Shown here: positions 9,213 through 18,614 of the stretch, in pieces
Position numbering within the stretch: the stretch's first letter is position 1
How the letters are laid out: each line of letters begins with the position of its first letter
Virus record (IMG/VR): IMGVR_UViG_3300035182_002586
Span: 427,585 to 491,584 of that record
Length of the DNA: 64,000 bases
DNA from: a virus
Reading direction: 5' to 3' (one strand)
Made by a program: the position numbers and the translations under genes
The notes under the pieces: model-generated
Databases searched by the model: none
Seen by the model: the letters and a program-made list of their open reading frames with translations, nothing else
What the model was told of the DNA's origin: nothing

Positions 9213-9479
9213 ATGTCCTCTGCCCCTCCGCCCCCTCCAGTGTTCCACGCGATCTTCCCGGTCGCTGGAGCACTTCTCCAAGGGCATACCCTCCGTGTAA
9301 AGTCCCCTCCCTCCGAGGACGGGGGACCCTCAAAGGAAGTCGTGGCGGGGGAGGGCAAGGTCATCAACTGGTGCGGACAGATGATGCTCGAAGACGAAGA
9401 CGCCTTCGAAACAGCTTGGCTCTTCATCGCGCTCGTAGGAACCGACGCCGCACTCCAGTCCGTCGAGGATGCCACCTAG
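9213..9479 (+). CDS. hypothetical protein 88 aa
   Basis: ATG 2 nt after previous stop; C-terminal part of 9033..9479 frame. Confidence 0.5.
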   Translation: MSSAPPPPPVFHAIFPVAGALLQGHTLRVKSPPSEDGGPSKEVVAGEGKVINWCGQMMLEDEDAFETAWLFIALVGTDAALQSVEDAT

Positions 9480-9793
9480 TGAGGAGGCAGCGCGCGCCAA
9501 AGCACGACGACGCGCTTCATCACGTAGCCGGGGACAACACGGTCGGCCAGCACCACATCGGCCCCGTGCTCGAACAGATCGATCCAAGACTCGAACGCAA
9601 TCGCCATGCGCCCCAAGTCGTGGCGTATCTCGTCCGCGTTCGCCGCAGTCATGACTTCCATCAGCTTGGCGAACAGCTCGGCGCGCAACAACACCCCGTG
9701 CTCATACGCCTCGAAGAGCTGCTTGGGTGTTCGTGTTTCCGCCACGACTGGGGGTTCGTAGAAGATGATCCTTGACCCCTGCTGCTGAGCCAT
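9476..9793 (-). CDS. hypothetical protein 105 aa
   Basis: internal ATG with GGGGCGTAGG-ATG; upstream gene stop TAG lies inside this element. Confidence 0.55.
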   Translation of the reverse strand: MAQQQGSRIIFYEPPVVAETRTPKQLFEAYEHGVLLRAELFAKLMEVMTAANADEIRHDLGRMAIAFESWIDLFEHGADVVLADRVVPGYVMKRVVVLWRALPPH

Positions 9794-9794
9794 C

Positions 9795-10421
9795 CTACGC
9801 CCCGACCCTCTCAAACAGACGACCCCCAACTTGAGGGGCGCGCGCACGCAGCCGATCATCCGCAGTCAGCCACGTGTGGTTCGCCATCCGATAGAACTCG
9901 TTGGGGTTCGTTTCCAAGAGTAGCTTCTGCGCCAACATGTGATCTGGAGTCGGCACGTAGTCCCTAATGTGGACACAATAACGCGCCACGTCGATACCAT
10001 CTTCCACGAGTACGACGTTCATGGCAGAGCCACGCTCGATACGGAAGGTCCGTCCATCGGGGGCCCGAACGTGGAAGACGTTCTCCGCTGCGAGCTGCCG
10101 GCGGGCCTCTTCGTCAAGCAGGGCATCGAGGAGCCTCTCCGCCCGCGCCGTCGCTTGCCCCCACAGCTCTTCGCGGACTGCACGATCACGAGCCCGCAGT
10201 GCCTCGAAGTCCCGTCGTATGCCCTCGGGGAGCTGCCGGAAATGGAACAGGTCGATGGTCCACGCCCGCTCTTGGTCTCCACAGCCACAGGTGAACCCGA
10301 ACCGCCGAGCGAACGCGAAGTCTTCCGTCCGACACCCCTCGTGAACGTGGTGCTCTCGGATTGCCTCTACCCACTCCCGTAGCGCCGGACGGAGTGCAGC
10401 CACACCAGGATCGTCGAACAT
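9795..10421 (-). CDS. hypothetical protein 208 aa
   Basis: ORF track; divergent from 10457 gene across palindromic TACACCacGGTGTA. Confidence 0.6.
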   Translation of the reverse strand: MFDDPGVAALRPALREWVEAIREHHVHEGCRTEDFAFARRFGFTCGCGDQERAWTIDLFHFRQLPEGIRRDFEALRARDRAVREELWGQATARAERLLDALLDEEARRQLAAENVFHVRAPDGRTFRIERGSAMNVVLVEDGIDVARYCVHIRDYVPTPDHMLAQKLLLETNPNEFYRMANHTWLTADDRLRARAPQVGGRLFERVGA

Positions 10422-10456
10422 CGCGAGGAGATCTACACCACGGTGTAGGATGGAAC

Positions 10457-11302
10457 ATGACCCGTCTTGCTTGGGCCACCGACACGCATCTCGACCGCAT
10501 GAACATGAAGCGGTTCCCGAGAGAGTTCGGCGCCAAGATCGCTGCGGACACCTCGGCGGAAGTCCTGCTCATCACCGGGGACATTGCCGAAGCGTCCACC
10601 TTCTCGAAGGCGCTCATCGGCGTCTCGGAAGGGTTTGGGGGGCCCGTCTACTTCGTCCTCGGCAACCACGACGTGTGGGGGCAGAGCTTCGTGGACGCGC
10701 ACCACAAGGCCGCGCGTCTGACGAGGAAGTACGAACGACTCACCTGGCTCACGGATGCAGGGGTCACCCTCCTGTCCGAGACGACCGCCCTCGTGGGGTT
10801 CGACGGTTGGTACGACGCCAAGTGGGGTCCCACCAACCCCCCGAAGACACGCATGGGGGACTGGTCCAGGATCAAGGACTTCCAGCGCACTTGGAACCTG
10901 ATGGCCATGACCTTCGAGGCGAGGGTCGACTTGATCATCCATCAGTGCCAGGAGAGGTGCGGCCTCATCGTGCAGTGGATCGAGAGGGACCTCCGGGCCG
11001 CGCTTGCCGTGCGGCCAAAGGTGGTGGTCGCCACGCACGTGCCGCCCTACCCGCAGAACGCCATCGAGCACATCGAGGGCAGGTCCGAAGAGGAAGACCG
11101 GTCCTGGCTCCCCTGGTACACGAACAAGGCGCTCGGGGACATGCTCCTGCGGGTCGCGGACGAGCACCCGGACCGGGAGATCCTCGTGCTCTGCGGACAT
11201 GCACACGCCGAGCACAACCACGAGGTTCTACCCAACCTGCGCGTCCGAACGGGGAAGGCCACGTACGGCGCGCCCTCGCTCGCCGGGGTGCTCGATTTGT
11301 GA
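10457..11302 (+). CDS. calcineurin-like metallophosphoesterase
   Basis: motifs DTHLD, GDIAE, GNHD, ATHVPP, CGHAH; GGTGTAGGATGGAAC-ATG. Confidence 0.8.
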   Translation: MTRLAWATDTHLDRMNMKRFPREFGAKIAADTSAEVLLITGDIAEASTFSKALIGVSEGFGGPVYFVLGNHDVWGQSFVDAHHKAARLTRKYERLTWLTDAGVTLLSETTALVGFDGWYDAKWGPTNPPKTRMGDWSRIKDFQRTWNLMAMTFEARVDLIIHQCQERCGLIVQWIERDLRAALAVRPKVVVATHVPPYPQNAIEHIEGRSEEEDRSWLPWYTNKALGDMLLRVADEHPDREILVLCGHAHAEHNHEVLPNLRVRTGKATYGAPSLAGVLDL

Positions 11303-11336
11303 TGGATCGGAGAAGGGACCGCACGGTAGTAGGGAC

Positions 11337-11606
11337 ATGAGCCGCTCCCGCCTGATCCCGGTCACCGTCAACTTCGTCACCGACAACGGCTATTGGACCC
11401 CGAGCGAGTGGCGTACGCGTTCGACCCGTCAGGGTGGCTACAGCCACGGCAAGCCGACCCTGGAGAACCTCCAGAAGTACGTCGCAGATGCCGAAGCGGC
11501 GACGCAGCCCGGAGGCGTGAACGCCCACCTCGGTCCGACCAAGATCCTCAAGGCGTGGATCATCGACCAGCGCTCGGGCGAGAAGCTCGTGGAGTACACG
11601 GCATGA
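11337..11606 (+). CDS. hypothetical protein 89 aa
   Basis: full motif (TGATGGATCG-N16-GGTAGTAGGGAC-ATG). Confidence 0.7.
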   Translation: MSRSRLIPVTVNFVTDNGYWTPSEWRTRSTRQGGYSHGKPTLENLQKYVADAEAATQPGGVNAHLGPTKILKAWIIDQRSGEKLVEYTA

Positions 11607-11965
11607 CGCAGAACGTCGACAAGCGACAGCAGCGCGCAGAGGCTCTCGCCAAGGTGGTGCAGTACAGCTCCATCCCGCACCCCTACGAGTCCGACCGAGC
11701 GCGGAACTTCAAGGCGTACAGCGTGACGGTCCACGGAGTCGCCATCGGCGAGGTCTACCAGACGCACGAGGCCGTCCACAAGAAGGCCGGGCGTCTCATC
11801 TCCTCGACCCGTCACGTGAAGCGGTGGTCGAAGTCGTCCAAGGTGCCCTCCGCGCCCGAGTACGTCTTCTACTACGACACCCGCACCGAAGCCGTGTTCT
11901 CTTTGCTGAAGCGCATGCTCGCCTCCGGGCATGACGTTCAGGAAGGGATGCTGGTGAGGTCATGA
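11603..11965 (+). CDS. hypothetical protein 120 aa
   Basis: ATGA overlap; ORF-track frame. Confidence 0.6.
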   Translation: MTQNVDKRQQRAEALAKVVQYSSIPHPYESDRARNFKAYSVTVHGVAIGEVYQTHEAVHKKAGRLISSTRHVKRWSKSSKVPSAPEYVFYYDTRTEAVFSLLKRMLASGHDVQEGMLVRS

Positions 11966-12153
11966 GCGTGGCATCGTCCAAAGAGGAGTTCGCCAAAGCG
12001 GCCGCCGGCCTTCCGGTGTACGAAGGGGTGGACTTCGACGCCGAGGTCATCTGCATCGAGCCCATCGATGCAGCCTATTTCCGCAACAACAGCAAGCAGC
12101 GGTGCATCATCCGCCGAGCCAACGGCCGGCTGTACCTCGCTTCGTACGACTGA
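11962..12153 (+). CDS. hypothetical protein 63 aa
   Basis: ATGA overlap. Confidence 0.5.
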   Translation: MSVASSKEEFAKAAAGLPVYEGVDFDAEVICIEPIDAAYFRNNSKQRCIIRRANGRLYLASYD

Positions 12154-12160
12154 GGGATCC

Positions 12161-12370
12161 ATGGCGAAAGAAGCCCTGTACTTCCCCGAAGAGGGCACGC
12201 CCACGATGGTGGCCATCATCCGCGCCGGGCTGGAAGAGCTGGACGTACCGGATCAGGTACGTGAGCAGCTCACCCTCTGGTGTGACGAGACGATCGAGCA
12301 CTGGAAAGATGGGCTGACGATCCCCCTCGTGTCCCCGAAGCGCAAACGCCCCGCACCCAAGCAGACCTGA
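12161..12370 (+). CDS. hypothetical protein 69 aa
   Basis: ORF-track frame. Confidence 0.45.
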   Translation: MAKEALYFPEEGTPTMVAIIRAGLEELDVPDQVREQLTLWCDETIEHWKDGLTIPLVSPKRKRPAPKQT

Positions 12371-12378
12371 GGCACAAC

Positions 12379-14610
12379 GTGTTCAAACCTGGTGAAGTCG
12401 TCAGAATCCGACGGGGCGGGCAACAGCCTCAGCCCTCTGCCCAAGCGTCCGAGCGCACCATCACCGTCTTGAACGGCGCCCCCATACGGTCCAAGCACAA
12501 GTGGCCCGTCGTAACTAGCGAGGGCGTCTTCGACGAGAGTGAGCTGATCCCCGCCCACCCGAGCGTGATCGCTAACGCCAGCGGTCGAGACCTGTCTCAG
12601 GAGGCGTTCCTTGCGGGTACCGAGGAACGTGAGCAGACGAGGGTGAAACGGTACGAGGGGTTGCCCTTCGAACTCCGAGATGAGATCGAGAACGCCCTGA
12701 AAGAGACCACTTTCGAGTACAACGGCCACTGGAGGAACGGCGCCCTTCTCAAGGACTTCAAACCCTTGGAGCACCTCTTCGTCAGCGGCGACGCCATGAC
12801 CGCGGCCGATGCGAAGGACTTCCTCTGCGCCGCGAAGGCCAAGAAGCCCATGGACCATTGGGTCCCCGTGGACGTGTCCCTCGCCCTGTCGAGCATCCGA
12901 GCGTGCTCCTACTGCGGCGAAGAGGGGTTCGGCACGGAAACGAACGGCCTCGTCCTGCGCTTCACTGGAAAGCCGTGCCGGTTCCCAGAGGGTCTCCCGC
13001 CGACTGAGTGGGAGCTGAACGTACCGAGTGGCAAGCTCGTGGTGGCCAACGACCTTCGCCGCGTTTTCCCCCTACTGGAAGACGACTTCGACATCAACAC
13101 CACGAGGGGTTGCAGCCAGACCGCCCTCGCCTACGCCGCAATCGGCATGTCCCACGCGTTCGTCGGCAACACCTGCCCTGGCGTCTTCAAGTGCAAGGAC
13201 GGCAGTTACAAGATCGCCAACGAACCCTCGGGCGAACGGTGGAACGGCAAGAAGTACGTGAAGGTCAAGGTCCCGAAATTCGACGGAGAAAACGTCGCCG
13301 GCATCTGCACTGACCTCTGGTGGTACTCCATCTGCGATCAGGACGAGTTCGAGCGTCGCTGCAAGCACTTCAAGCAGAAGGCGAAGGACTTCCGCACCAC
13401 CGTCATCGACATCAAGCCCGGCGTGTACCGCTTCCGCCACGACGAGGATGCCCGGTCGCACAACGGGCCGGAAGAGTGCGTCTACACGAAGTTCGAGTGG
13501 ATCCGTGGGCCTGATCCGGTCAAGGACTACCTCGCGTCCTACGAGAGCGTCGATGTCAACCCGAACGCTTACGTACAGGCGCAAGTGGCGCGCTGGCCCA
13601 CCCTCTATGGGGTCGTCAAACGAGGCCCCGGCCGTCGCGAAACGGTCACCCCGTGGGCGAGCATGACTGAAGAGGAGCGCACCCACTCGTGGCAGAGGGT
13701 CGCCGACCAGACGATGTGCACCATCGGCGGGGGCATCGAATGGCACGAGAAGGGGTTCCCCAGGGCCAAGGTCGACCCCTCCGTCCCTGATGTGGAACCC
13801 CCGGCCTTCCGGGCCCAACACCACTGGTACCCGTTCTCCAAGCCCTACGGCGGTCTGTTCGAGCCCAAGGTCCTCTCCCCGGGTTTCGCCAAGCTCGCCT
13901 TCCGCGTCCTGGAGTCCGTCATCTCGTTCGGGCTGACGGTTCACGACAGTAACCATTCGCGAGAAGTCCACCCCACCAGGGAACGCATGCTCCTCGCCGT
14001 CAAGCGCTACCGCGAGCTGGCCAAGAAGTACCCGAACGAAGCCGACCCCGAGTACGTCGCCTGGCTCAACGATTCTGGACGCGCCGAGGCGTGGGTCGCG
14101 AGCTTCCCCCTCGGCCCGGAGTTCACCGAGAAGCACAGGAAGAACGCCGAGGCGCAGCGGTGGATGCCCAAGGACGCCTACGCGATCGCCTTTGACGCGC
14201 GCCTGCTCAAGGACGGCAGCTTCGCCTGGCACCCGAAAACGCCCTCCGTTGGTGGCTGCTGGGCCAACAAGAAGGACGCGCAGCGGTACGCCCTTCTGGA
14301 GCACGGCGACAACGGGCAACCCGGCGAGCACAACTGCTTCTGGACCTCCCACACCAGGAACACGAGCGTCCCTCTCTACTCCGTCGCCCGTATCGTCAAG
14401 GTCGGAAACGTCTCCCACATGGGCGAAACCCTCGTCGAGCTGGAGTTCGACTACGGGACCCCGTGGATGAGGGACGCGAAGAAGCGTAAGGCCGTCGCCG
14501 AGTCCAAGGAGAAGGCGGCGATCACGATCCTGTCCAAGGAAGACTACGAACGGCTCCTCCCGGAGGCCGTCAAGTTCTTCGAGGACGCCGAAGCGGCGAT
14601 CAAAGCGTAG
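12379..14610 (+). CDS. large hypothetical protein 743 aa
   Basis: long ORF with normal composition; antisense 13072..14625 ORF rejected. Confidence 0.75.
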   Translation: MFKPGEVVRIRRGGQQPQPSAQASERTITVLNGAPIRSKHKWPVVTSEGVFDESELIPAHPSVIANASGRDLSQEAFLAGTEEREQTRVKRYEGLPFELRDEIENALKETTFEYNGHWRNGALLKDFKPLEHLFVSGDAMTAADAKDFLCAAKAKKPMDHWVPVDVSLALSSIRACSYCGEEGFGTETNGLVLRFTGKPCRFPEGLPPTEWELNVPSGKLVVANDLRRVFPLLEDDFDINTTRGCSQTALAYAAIGMSHAFVGNTCPGVFKCKDGSYKIANEPSGERWNGKKYVKVKVPKFDGENVAGICTDLWWYSICDQDEFERRCKHFKQKAKDFRTTVIDIKPGVYRFRHDEDARSHNGPEECVYTKFEWIRGPDPVKDYLASYESVDVNPNAYVQAQVARWPTLYGVVKRGPGRRETVTPWASMTEEERTHSWQRVADQTMCTIGGGIEWHEKGFPRAKVDPSVPDVEPPAFRAQHHWYPFSKPYGGLFEPKVLSPGFAKLAFRVLESVISFGLTVHDSNHSREVHPTRERMLLAVKRYRELAKKYPNEADPEYVAWLNDSGRAEAWVASFPLGPEFTEKHRKNAEAQRWMPKDAYAIAFDARLLKDGSFAWHPKTPSVGGCWANKKDAQRYALLEHGDNGQPGEHNCFWTSHTRNTSVPLYSVARIVKVGNVSHMGETLVELEFDYGTPWMRDAKKRKAVAESKEKAAITILSKEDYERLLPEAVKFFEDAEAAIKA

Positions 14611-14656
14611 TCGCCCACAACGCAAACGTCACGGACAAGCCTGAGGAGTGACCTGT

Positions 14657-14866
14657 ATGCAGGACATCATCGAGCAGCTCGACGCCATGGAGAAGGTCGC
14701 CAAAGAGCAGCAAGAGGCCATCGCCCGCTGTCGTGAGCAGCTTCTCGCCCACGACTACAAGGGCGCGAAGCACTCCGGAAAGACCATCATCGACAGTGCC
14801 AAGGCGAGCTACGGCTACGGCTACCAGTTCGAGCGGGACATCCAGCGCGTCGGGGCCGACCGGTAG
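14657..14866 (+). CDS. hypothetical protein 69 aa
   Basis: GAGGAG-8nt-ATG. Confidence 0.5.
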   Translation: MQDIIEQLDAMEKVAKEQQEAIARCREQLLAHDYKGAKHSGKTIIDSAKASYGYGYQFERDIQRVGADR

Positions 14867-14869
14867 GCC

Positions 14870-14998
14870 ATGGAGCACTTCGTCCTGCTGATCGTCCCCT
14901 TCTCGCTCATCGGCGTGGTGGGGTGGGTCGTCGTCACGGCGCTCCGAGACAAGCCTCACCCGGCCGTCAACGACCTCCCCATGAAGCGCAGGTGAAGA
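14870..14998 (+). CDS. small membrane protein ~42 aa (missed by ORF track)
   Basis: gTAGgccATG context; hydrophobic LLIVPFSLIGVVGWVVV. Confidence 0.3.
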
Positions 14999-15038
14999 CG
15001 AGAATCCGTTTGTCGGAAAAGGGTGGGTGAGGCCCTTC

Positions 15039-15794
15039 ATGCGCAAAATTGCCAACACCCACGAGCTGACCGCTGAGCTGGCACGCATCTCTGCTTACGC
15101 GGGTACTCCGAACCCGTCACGGCAGGTGCTCGCAGCGGATCTCCGGGTGCTCGCGAGCCGCCTGGAAGAGCGGACCATCGAGGCTGCTCTTCCAGGGCAG
15201 GACCCCCTCAAGAACGCCGACATGCTGAAAAGGCTGTTGGGTTCGATGAAGGTCATGCAGATGTCCATCGAACACGTCGAGGGACAGGCCAAGCACATTC
15301 TCGCAGAAATGGCGAAGGCCATCCCCTTGATCGCGGACCCCGTGTTCAAGGGCGAGGCGGAAAAGCTGTTCACCAAGGGCGCACACGCTCCGCTGCTCAT
15401 GTTCGCGAACCACAGCGCGTCACCCCTCTACAAGCTCCTCTCGGACGCTGCAACCCTCGGCTTCAAAGCCAAGGACGACCCGGGCATCGGGGCGCTCCGG
15501 CAACTCCACTCCAAGCTCCTGGACGGGACCTCGCACCTGGGTAAGGCGGTAGGCTCCGTCGGGGCTGAGGCAATGGACGTACTCGGCCACATCTACAACT
15601 GGCCCGACACGCACCCCGAGGCGAAGGCCCACATGGCGCCCCTGTTCGCCGCCATCAACAAGATCTCGTCGCTGTCCCCGTACAAGGCCCCGAAGGGCTC
15701 GGGGCTGCTTGCACCCGCCCCCGTCATCCACGGCGCGATGCACGCGGTCGAAACCCTCATCGGGATGTTCGAACAGGCCGCCAAAGCGGTGTGA
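15039..15794 (+). CDS. hypothetical protein 251 aa
   Basis: ORF track. Confidence 0.65.
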   Translation: MRKIANTHELTAELARISAYAGTPNPSRQVLAADLRVLASRLEERTIEAALPGQDPLKNADMLKRLLGSMKVMQMSIEHVEGQAKHILAEMAKAIPLIADPVFKGEAEKLFTKGAHAPLLMFANHSASPLYKLLSDAATLGFKAKDDPGIGALRQLHSKLLDGTSHLGKAVGSVGAEAMDVLGHIYNWPDTHPEAKAHMAPLFAAINKISSLSPYKAPKGSGLLAPAPVIHGAMHAVETLIGMFEQAAKAV

Positions 15795-15829
15795 TGGATC
15801 GCCCGCGTGTCCCCGTTGTAGATAGGATC

Positions 15830-16372
15830 ATGCCCGCTCAAAGCATTCGCTACGAGATCCACGACTGCACGGTCCGCTTCCACGCCCTGGAGTACCAGGC
15901 GCAACGTCAAGCTGCGGCGCAACAGCGGTTCCACGGCGGCACGTGGCGGCCCGCGCAGGTCGAGGGCTACCAAGGGTGGCTCGCGGTGGACGACCAGGGA
16001 CACGCCTCCGACTGGTCGGGCAACGTTCCTTCCCACATCGTGGCGCAGCTCAAGATTCCTGCCCGCAAAGTAGACGGAGAAGACATGCTTCTGAGCCTCG
16101 GTTACGGCATGATCGCGGCCGGTACGACGGCCTACGCGATGAAGAACACGCTCGGCCCCATGGTCATCGGCCTCTGTCGAAGAGGCAACCTCACGCTTAG
16201 CAACGTCCTGGTGACGTCGGTGGCTGCCGTCCCCCTCAGCGCGCTCTGCGTACTTGCGGGCGCGCTCTGGCCCGTGTACCTGCCGTACATCGGCTACAAC
16301 GCGTGGAAGTACCCCAACTGGAAACCCTACGTCCCCGGCAATCCTCTACCCGACACTCAGGAGGGCTCGTGA
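15830..16372 (+). CDS. hypothetical membrane protein 180 aa
   Basis: full motif GTGATGGATCG-N15-GTTGTAGATAGGATC-ATG. Confidence 0.7.
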   Translation: MPAQSIRYEIHDCTVRFHALEYQAQRQAAAQQRFHGGTWRPAQVEGYQGWLAVDDQGHASDWSGNVPSHIVAQLKIPARKVDGEDMLLSLGYGMIAAGTTAYAMKNTLGPMVIGLCRRGNLTLSNVLVTSVAAVPLSALCVLAGALWPVYLPYIGYNAWKYPNWKPYVPGNPLPDTQEGS

Positions 16373-16572
16373 AACGCTGGCTGAACCAACTCCCCTGGCC
16401 TTTCAAGATCGCCCTCTACCTCGGCACGCTCGTCGTGCTGGCGGGGAGGATGGCTGCGACTCCGCTCCCGATCTTCATCGTGGTCATGCTCGGGTTCTGC
16501 CTTCTCTTCCACGCGATCTTCGACCCGCACCCGAGCCTCGTCCAGGAGGATCAGCGCGAAAAAACCCCCTAA
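16369..16572 (+). CDS. small membrane protein 67 aa
   Basis: AGGAGGG-GTGA overlap; two TM-like segments. Confidence 0.5.
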   Translation: MKRWLNQLPWPFKIALYLGTLVVLAGRMAATPLPIFIVVMLGFCLLFHAIFDPHPSLVQEDQREKTP

Positions 16573-16573
16573 T

Positions 16574-16612
16574 CACTTGCCACCGCTCTGCTCGTGCTAT
16601 GCTAGGCAAGTG
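16574..16612 (+). promoter_or_regulatory. 8-bp inverted repeat CACTTGCC..GGCAAGTG enclosing TTGCCA-15-TATGCT; GTG start of HNH gene 7 nt after -10 (possible leaderless promoter/operator)
   Basis: seen directly; no SD before GTG. Confidence 0.35.
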
Positions 16613-17335
16613 AACAAGAAGTTGGTCGAAGAGGCTGTGCAGGCGAGCACATCCTACCGTCAGGTCGCCAAGCGTCTGGGGCTGTACCCTAAAGCTGCCA
16701 AAGCAGCCGTCTTGGAGAGTGGTGCGTCCACCGCTCACTTCGACTTCGGGCGACGATCATATAGCTACGTAGGCAAAACGTACAACCGTCTCACCATACA
16801 AGAAGTCATCAAGGACCCAAACGGTCGGTGGTTGTGCCGGTGTGACTGTTCGTGCGGAACGAAGGACGTACTGAAACGCCTCGACGGAGTTCTAAACGGG
16901 CACGTCCTCTCGTGTGGGTGCGCCTACCGTCACCGTCCCTCTATGTTTGGAGACGGGAACCCTGCTTACACAGGGTGTGGGGAACTGTCTGGATCTCGTG
17001 TGTACTGGATCAAAACGGAAGCAGCTCGTCGAGGGGTCCCATTTTCTGTGTCAAAGGAGTACCTCTGGCGGCTGTTCGACAAGCAAAATGGTCTCTGTGC
17101 CTTGTCGGGGGTGAAGCTAATGTTCGGTAGAGGGAACTCCAGACAGGGGGACGCATCCCTTGACCGTATCGACTCCTCTCGTGGTTATGTCGAGGGGAAC
17201 GTCCAATGGGTCCACAAGGACGTGAATAGAATCAAGTGGGAGTTCGATCAGGAGTACTTTCTGTCGATGTGTGACAGGATCAGCGCCCATACTCGTACAC
17301 GTAAACAAGTCGCCCCTGAAACGCTTGCTGAATGA
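16610..17335 (+). CDS. HNH homing endonuclease with N-terminal HTH
   Basis: SLDRIDSSRGYVEGNVQWVHKDVN HNH motif; AT-richer codon usage than neighbours. Confidence 0.8.
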   Translation: MNKKLVEEAVQASTSYRQVAKRLGLYPKAAKAAVLESGASTAHFDFGRRSYSYVGKTYNRLTIQEVIKDPNGRWLCRCDCSCGTKDVLKRLDGVLNGHVLSCGCAYRHRPSMFGDGNPAYTGCGELSGSRVYWIKTEAARRGVPFSVSKEYLWRLFDKQNGLCALSGVKLMFGRGNSRQGDASLDRIDSSRGYVEGNVQWVHKDVNRIKWEFDQEYFLSMCDRISAHTRTRKQVAPETLAE

Positions 17336-17822
17336 GCGGTTCGATAACTCGCCAATCACCCTGTGCAAGTCCCGTCCCAATTTTGGGCATGTGAATGCTG
17401 GCCTGCGTCCCCCCGAGCGTGTCGGGGAGCACCGACGTGATGAACTCCACGCGCCGGAGACAGTCCGCGAGGGCTTCGTAGCGGATCGGCGGGCCCTTGC
17501 CCCCACCTCGAAGCCCCTGCTGCGCGATCATGTTCGCGACGTACGTGTCGGGCGTCACCTGTACGAGCTGCACCTGACCGAGGGCGAAGTCACCGGTCGT
17601 GGTGATGATCTTCCCCTTCGTGGGGTTCTGCAACCGCATGCCCTTCAAGATCCGGTGCTCGGACCACTCGCGGTAACACGCCTCGGGCTGGGGCCAGCGC
17701 TTCGAGAGGGCCAAGACGAAGCCTGCGCCCCATTTCCCATCCGTGTTGCAGATGTGCGGGATGACGTGCACCCCCTTCGTCTGTGGGTCGGTGGCGTCTC
17801 CGCGCAGGTACGTGATCGGCAT
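17280..17822 (-). CDS. macro domain (ADP-ribose binding/hydrolase) protein
   Basis: GDATDP, VIPHICNTDGKWGAGFVLAL, IHMPKIGTGLAQGDW; GGTGTACGCTCGCCCCC-ATG. Confidence 0.75.
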   Translation of the reverse strand: MPITYLRGDATDPQTKGVHVIPHICNTDGKWGAGFVLALSKRWPQPEACYREWSEHRILKGMRLQNPTKGKIITTTGDFALGQVQLVQVTPDTYVANMIAQQGLRGGGKGPPIRYEALADCLRRVEFITSVLPDTLGGTQASIHMPKIGTGLAQGDWRVIEPLIQQAFQGRLVYVYEYGR

Positions 17823-17843
17823 GGGGGGCGAGCGTACACCTGA

Positions 17844-18113
17844 TCAGGGGTCGGTCCACAGCGAGTGCGACATCGCATCGACCCCGCACTTCGAGCACGT
17901 GGCCGAGGAGCCGCTGCACCCCCGCCCGCTCCCCTTGCACAGGCGACACGTCTCGTCGGTGGCGTTGCCCTCGGCATCGAGCTTCTTCCCCTCGCCGTAA
18001 CAGGAAGCGCAGGAGTCGGTCCAGGTCTTCTCCGGGCCGTCCCACTGGTGTGCCCCGCCTTTCGGGCACACGTCCGTCACACCACAGGAGAAGAACGCGG
18101 CGACCTCGCTCAT
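17844..18113 (-). CDS. small Cys-rich protein 89 aa
   Basis: regular CxxC spacing; GGTGTAAGAGCTACGTC-ATG. Confidence 0.55.
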   Translation of the reverse strand: MSEVAAFFSCGVTDVCPKGGAHQWDGPEKTWTDSCASCYGEGKKLDAEGNATDETCRLCKGSGRGCSGSSATCSKCGVDAMSHSLWTDP

Positions 18114-18191
18114 GACGTAGCTCTTACACCGGGAGGACCCCCAGGCGCGAATAGCTCCACAACACGGATCCCCTTGTCATGTCGCGCAGTT

Positions 18192-18614
18192 ATGATCTTC
18201 GAGACGATTCAACGTCCGGCGACCCCCGTTCCCCCGGGGCCGATCGGACACTGGCCGAAGCCCACCTTCGGACAGAAGGCGGCCGAAGCCGTCGCCCGTC
18301 TCGTCGGATCGTGGACCTTCATCATCGGGCAGAGCGTCGTTCTTGTGGTGTGGGTAACACTGAACGTCCTCGCGTTCTTGCGTCACTGGGACCCGTACCC
18401 CTTCCTGCTACTCAACGTGATCCTGTCTCTTCAAGCTGCCTACACGGCGCCGATGATCTTGATGGCACAGAACCGTCAAGCGGAGTACGATCGCGCTGTT
18501 CTGCACTACAACTACCAGATGATGGCGGAGGTACTTCGCCAGGTGGCCCCCAACACACTCCAGAGGGTCACGGAACAACCACACGTGACCGATGGTCAAC
18601 GACAACGGCGCTAA
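18192..18614 (+). CDS. DUF1003 family membrane protein
   Basis: GSWTFIIGQ..DPYPFLLLN..MAQNRQ. Confidence 0.65.
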   Translation: MIFETIQRPATPVPPGPIGHWPKPTFGQKAAEAVARLVGSWTFIIGQSVVLVVWVTLNVLAFLRHWDPYPFLLLNVILSLQAAYTAPMILMAQNRQAEYDRAVLHYNYQMMAEVLRQVAPNTLQRVTEQPHVTDGQRQRR

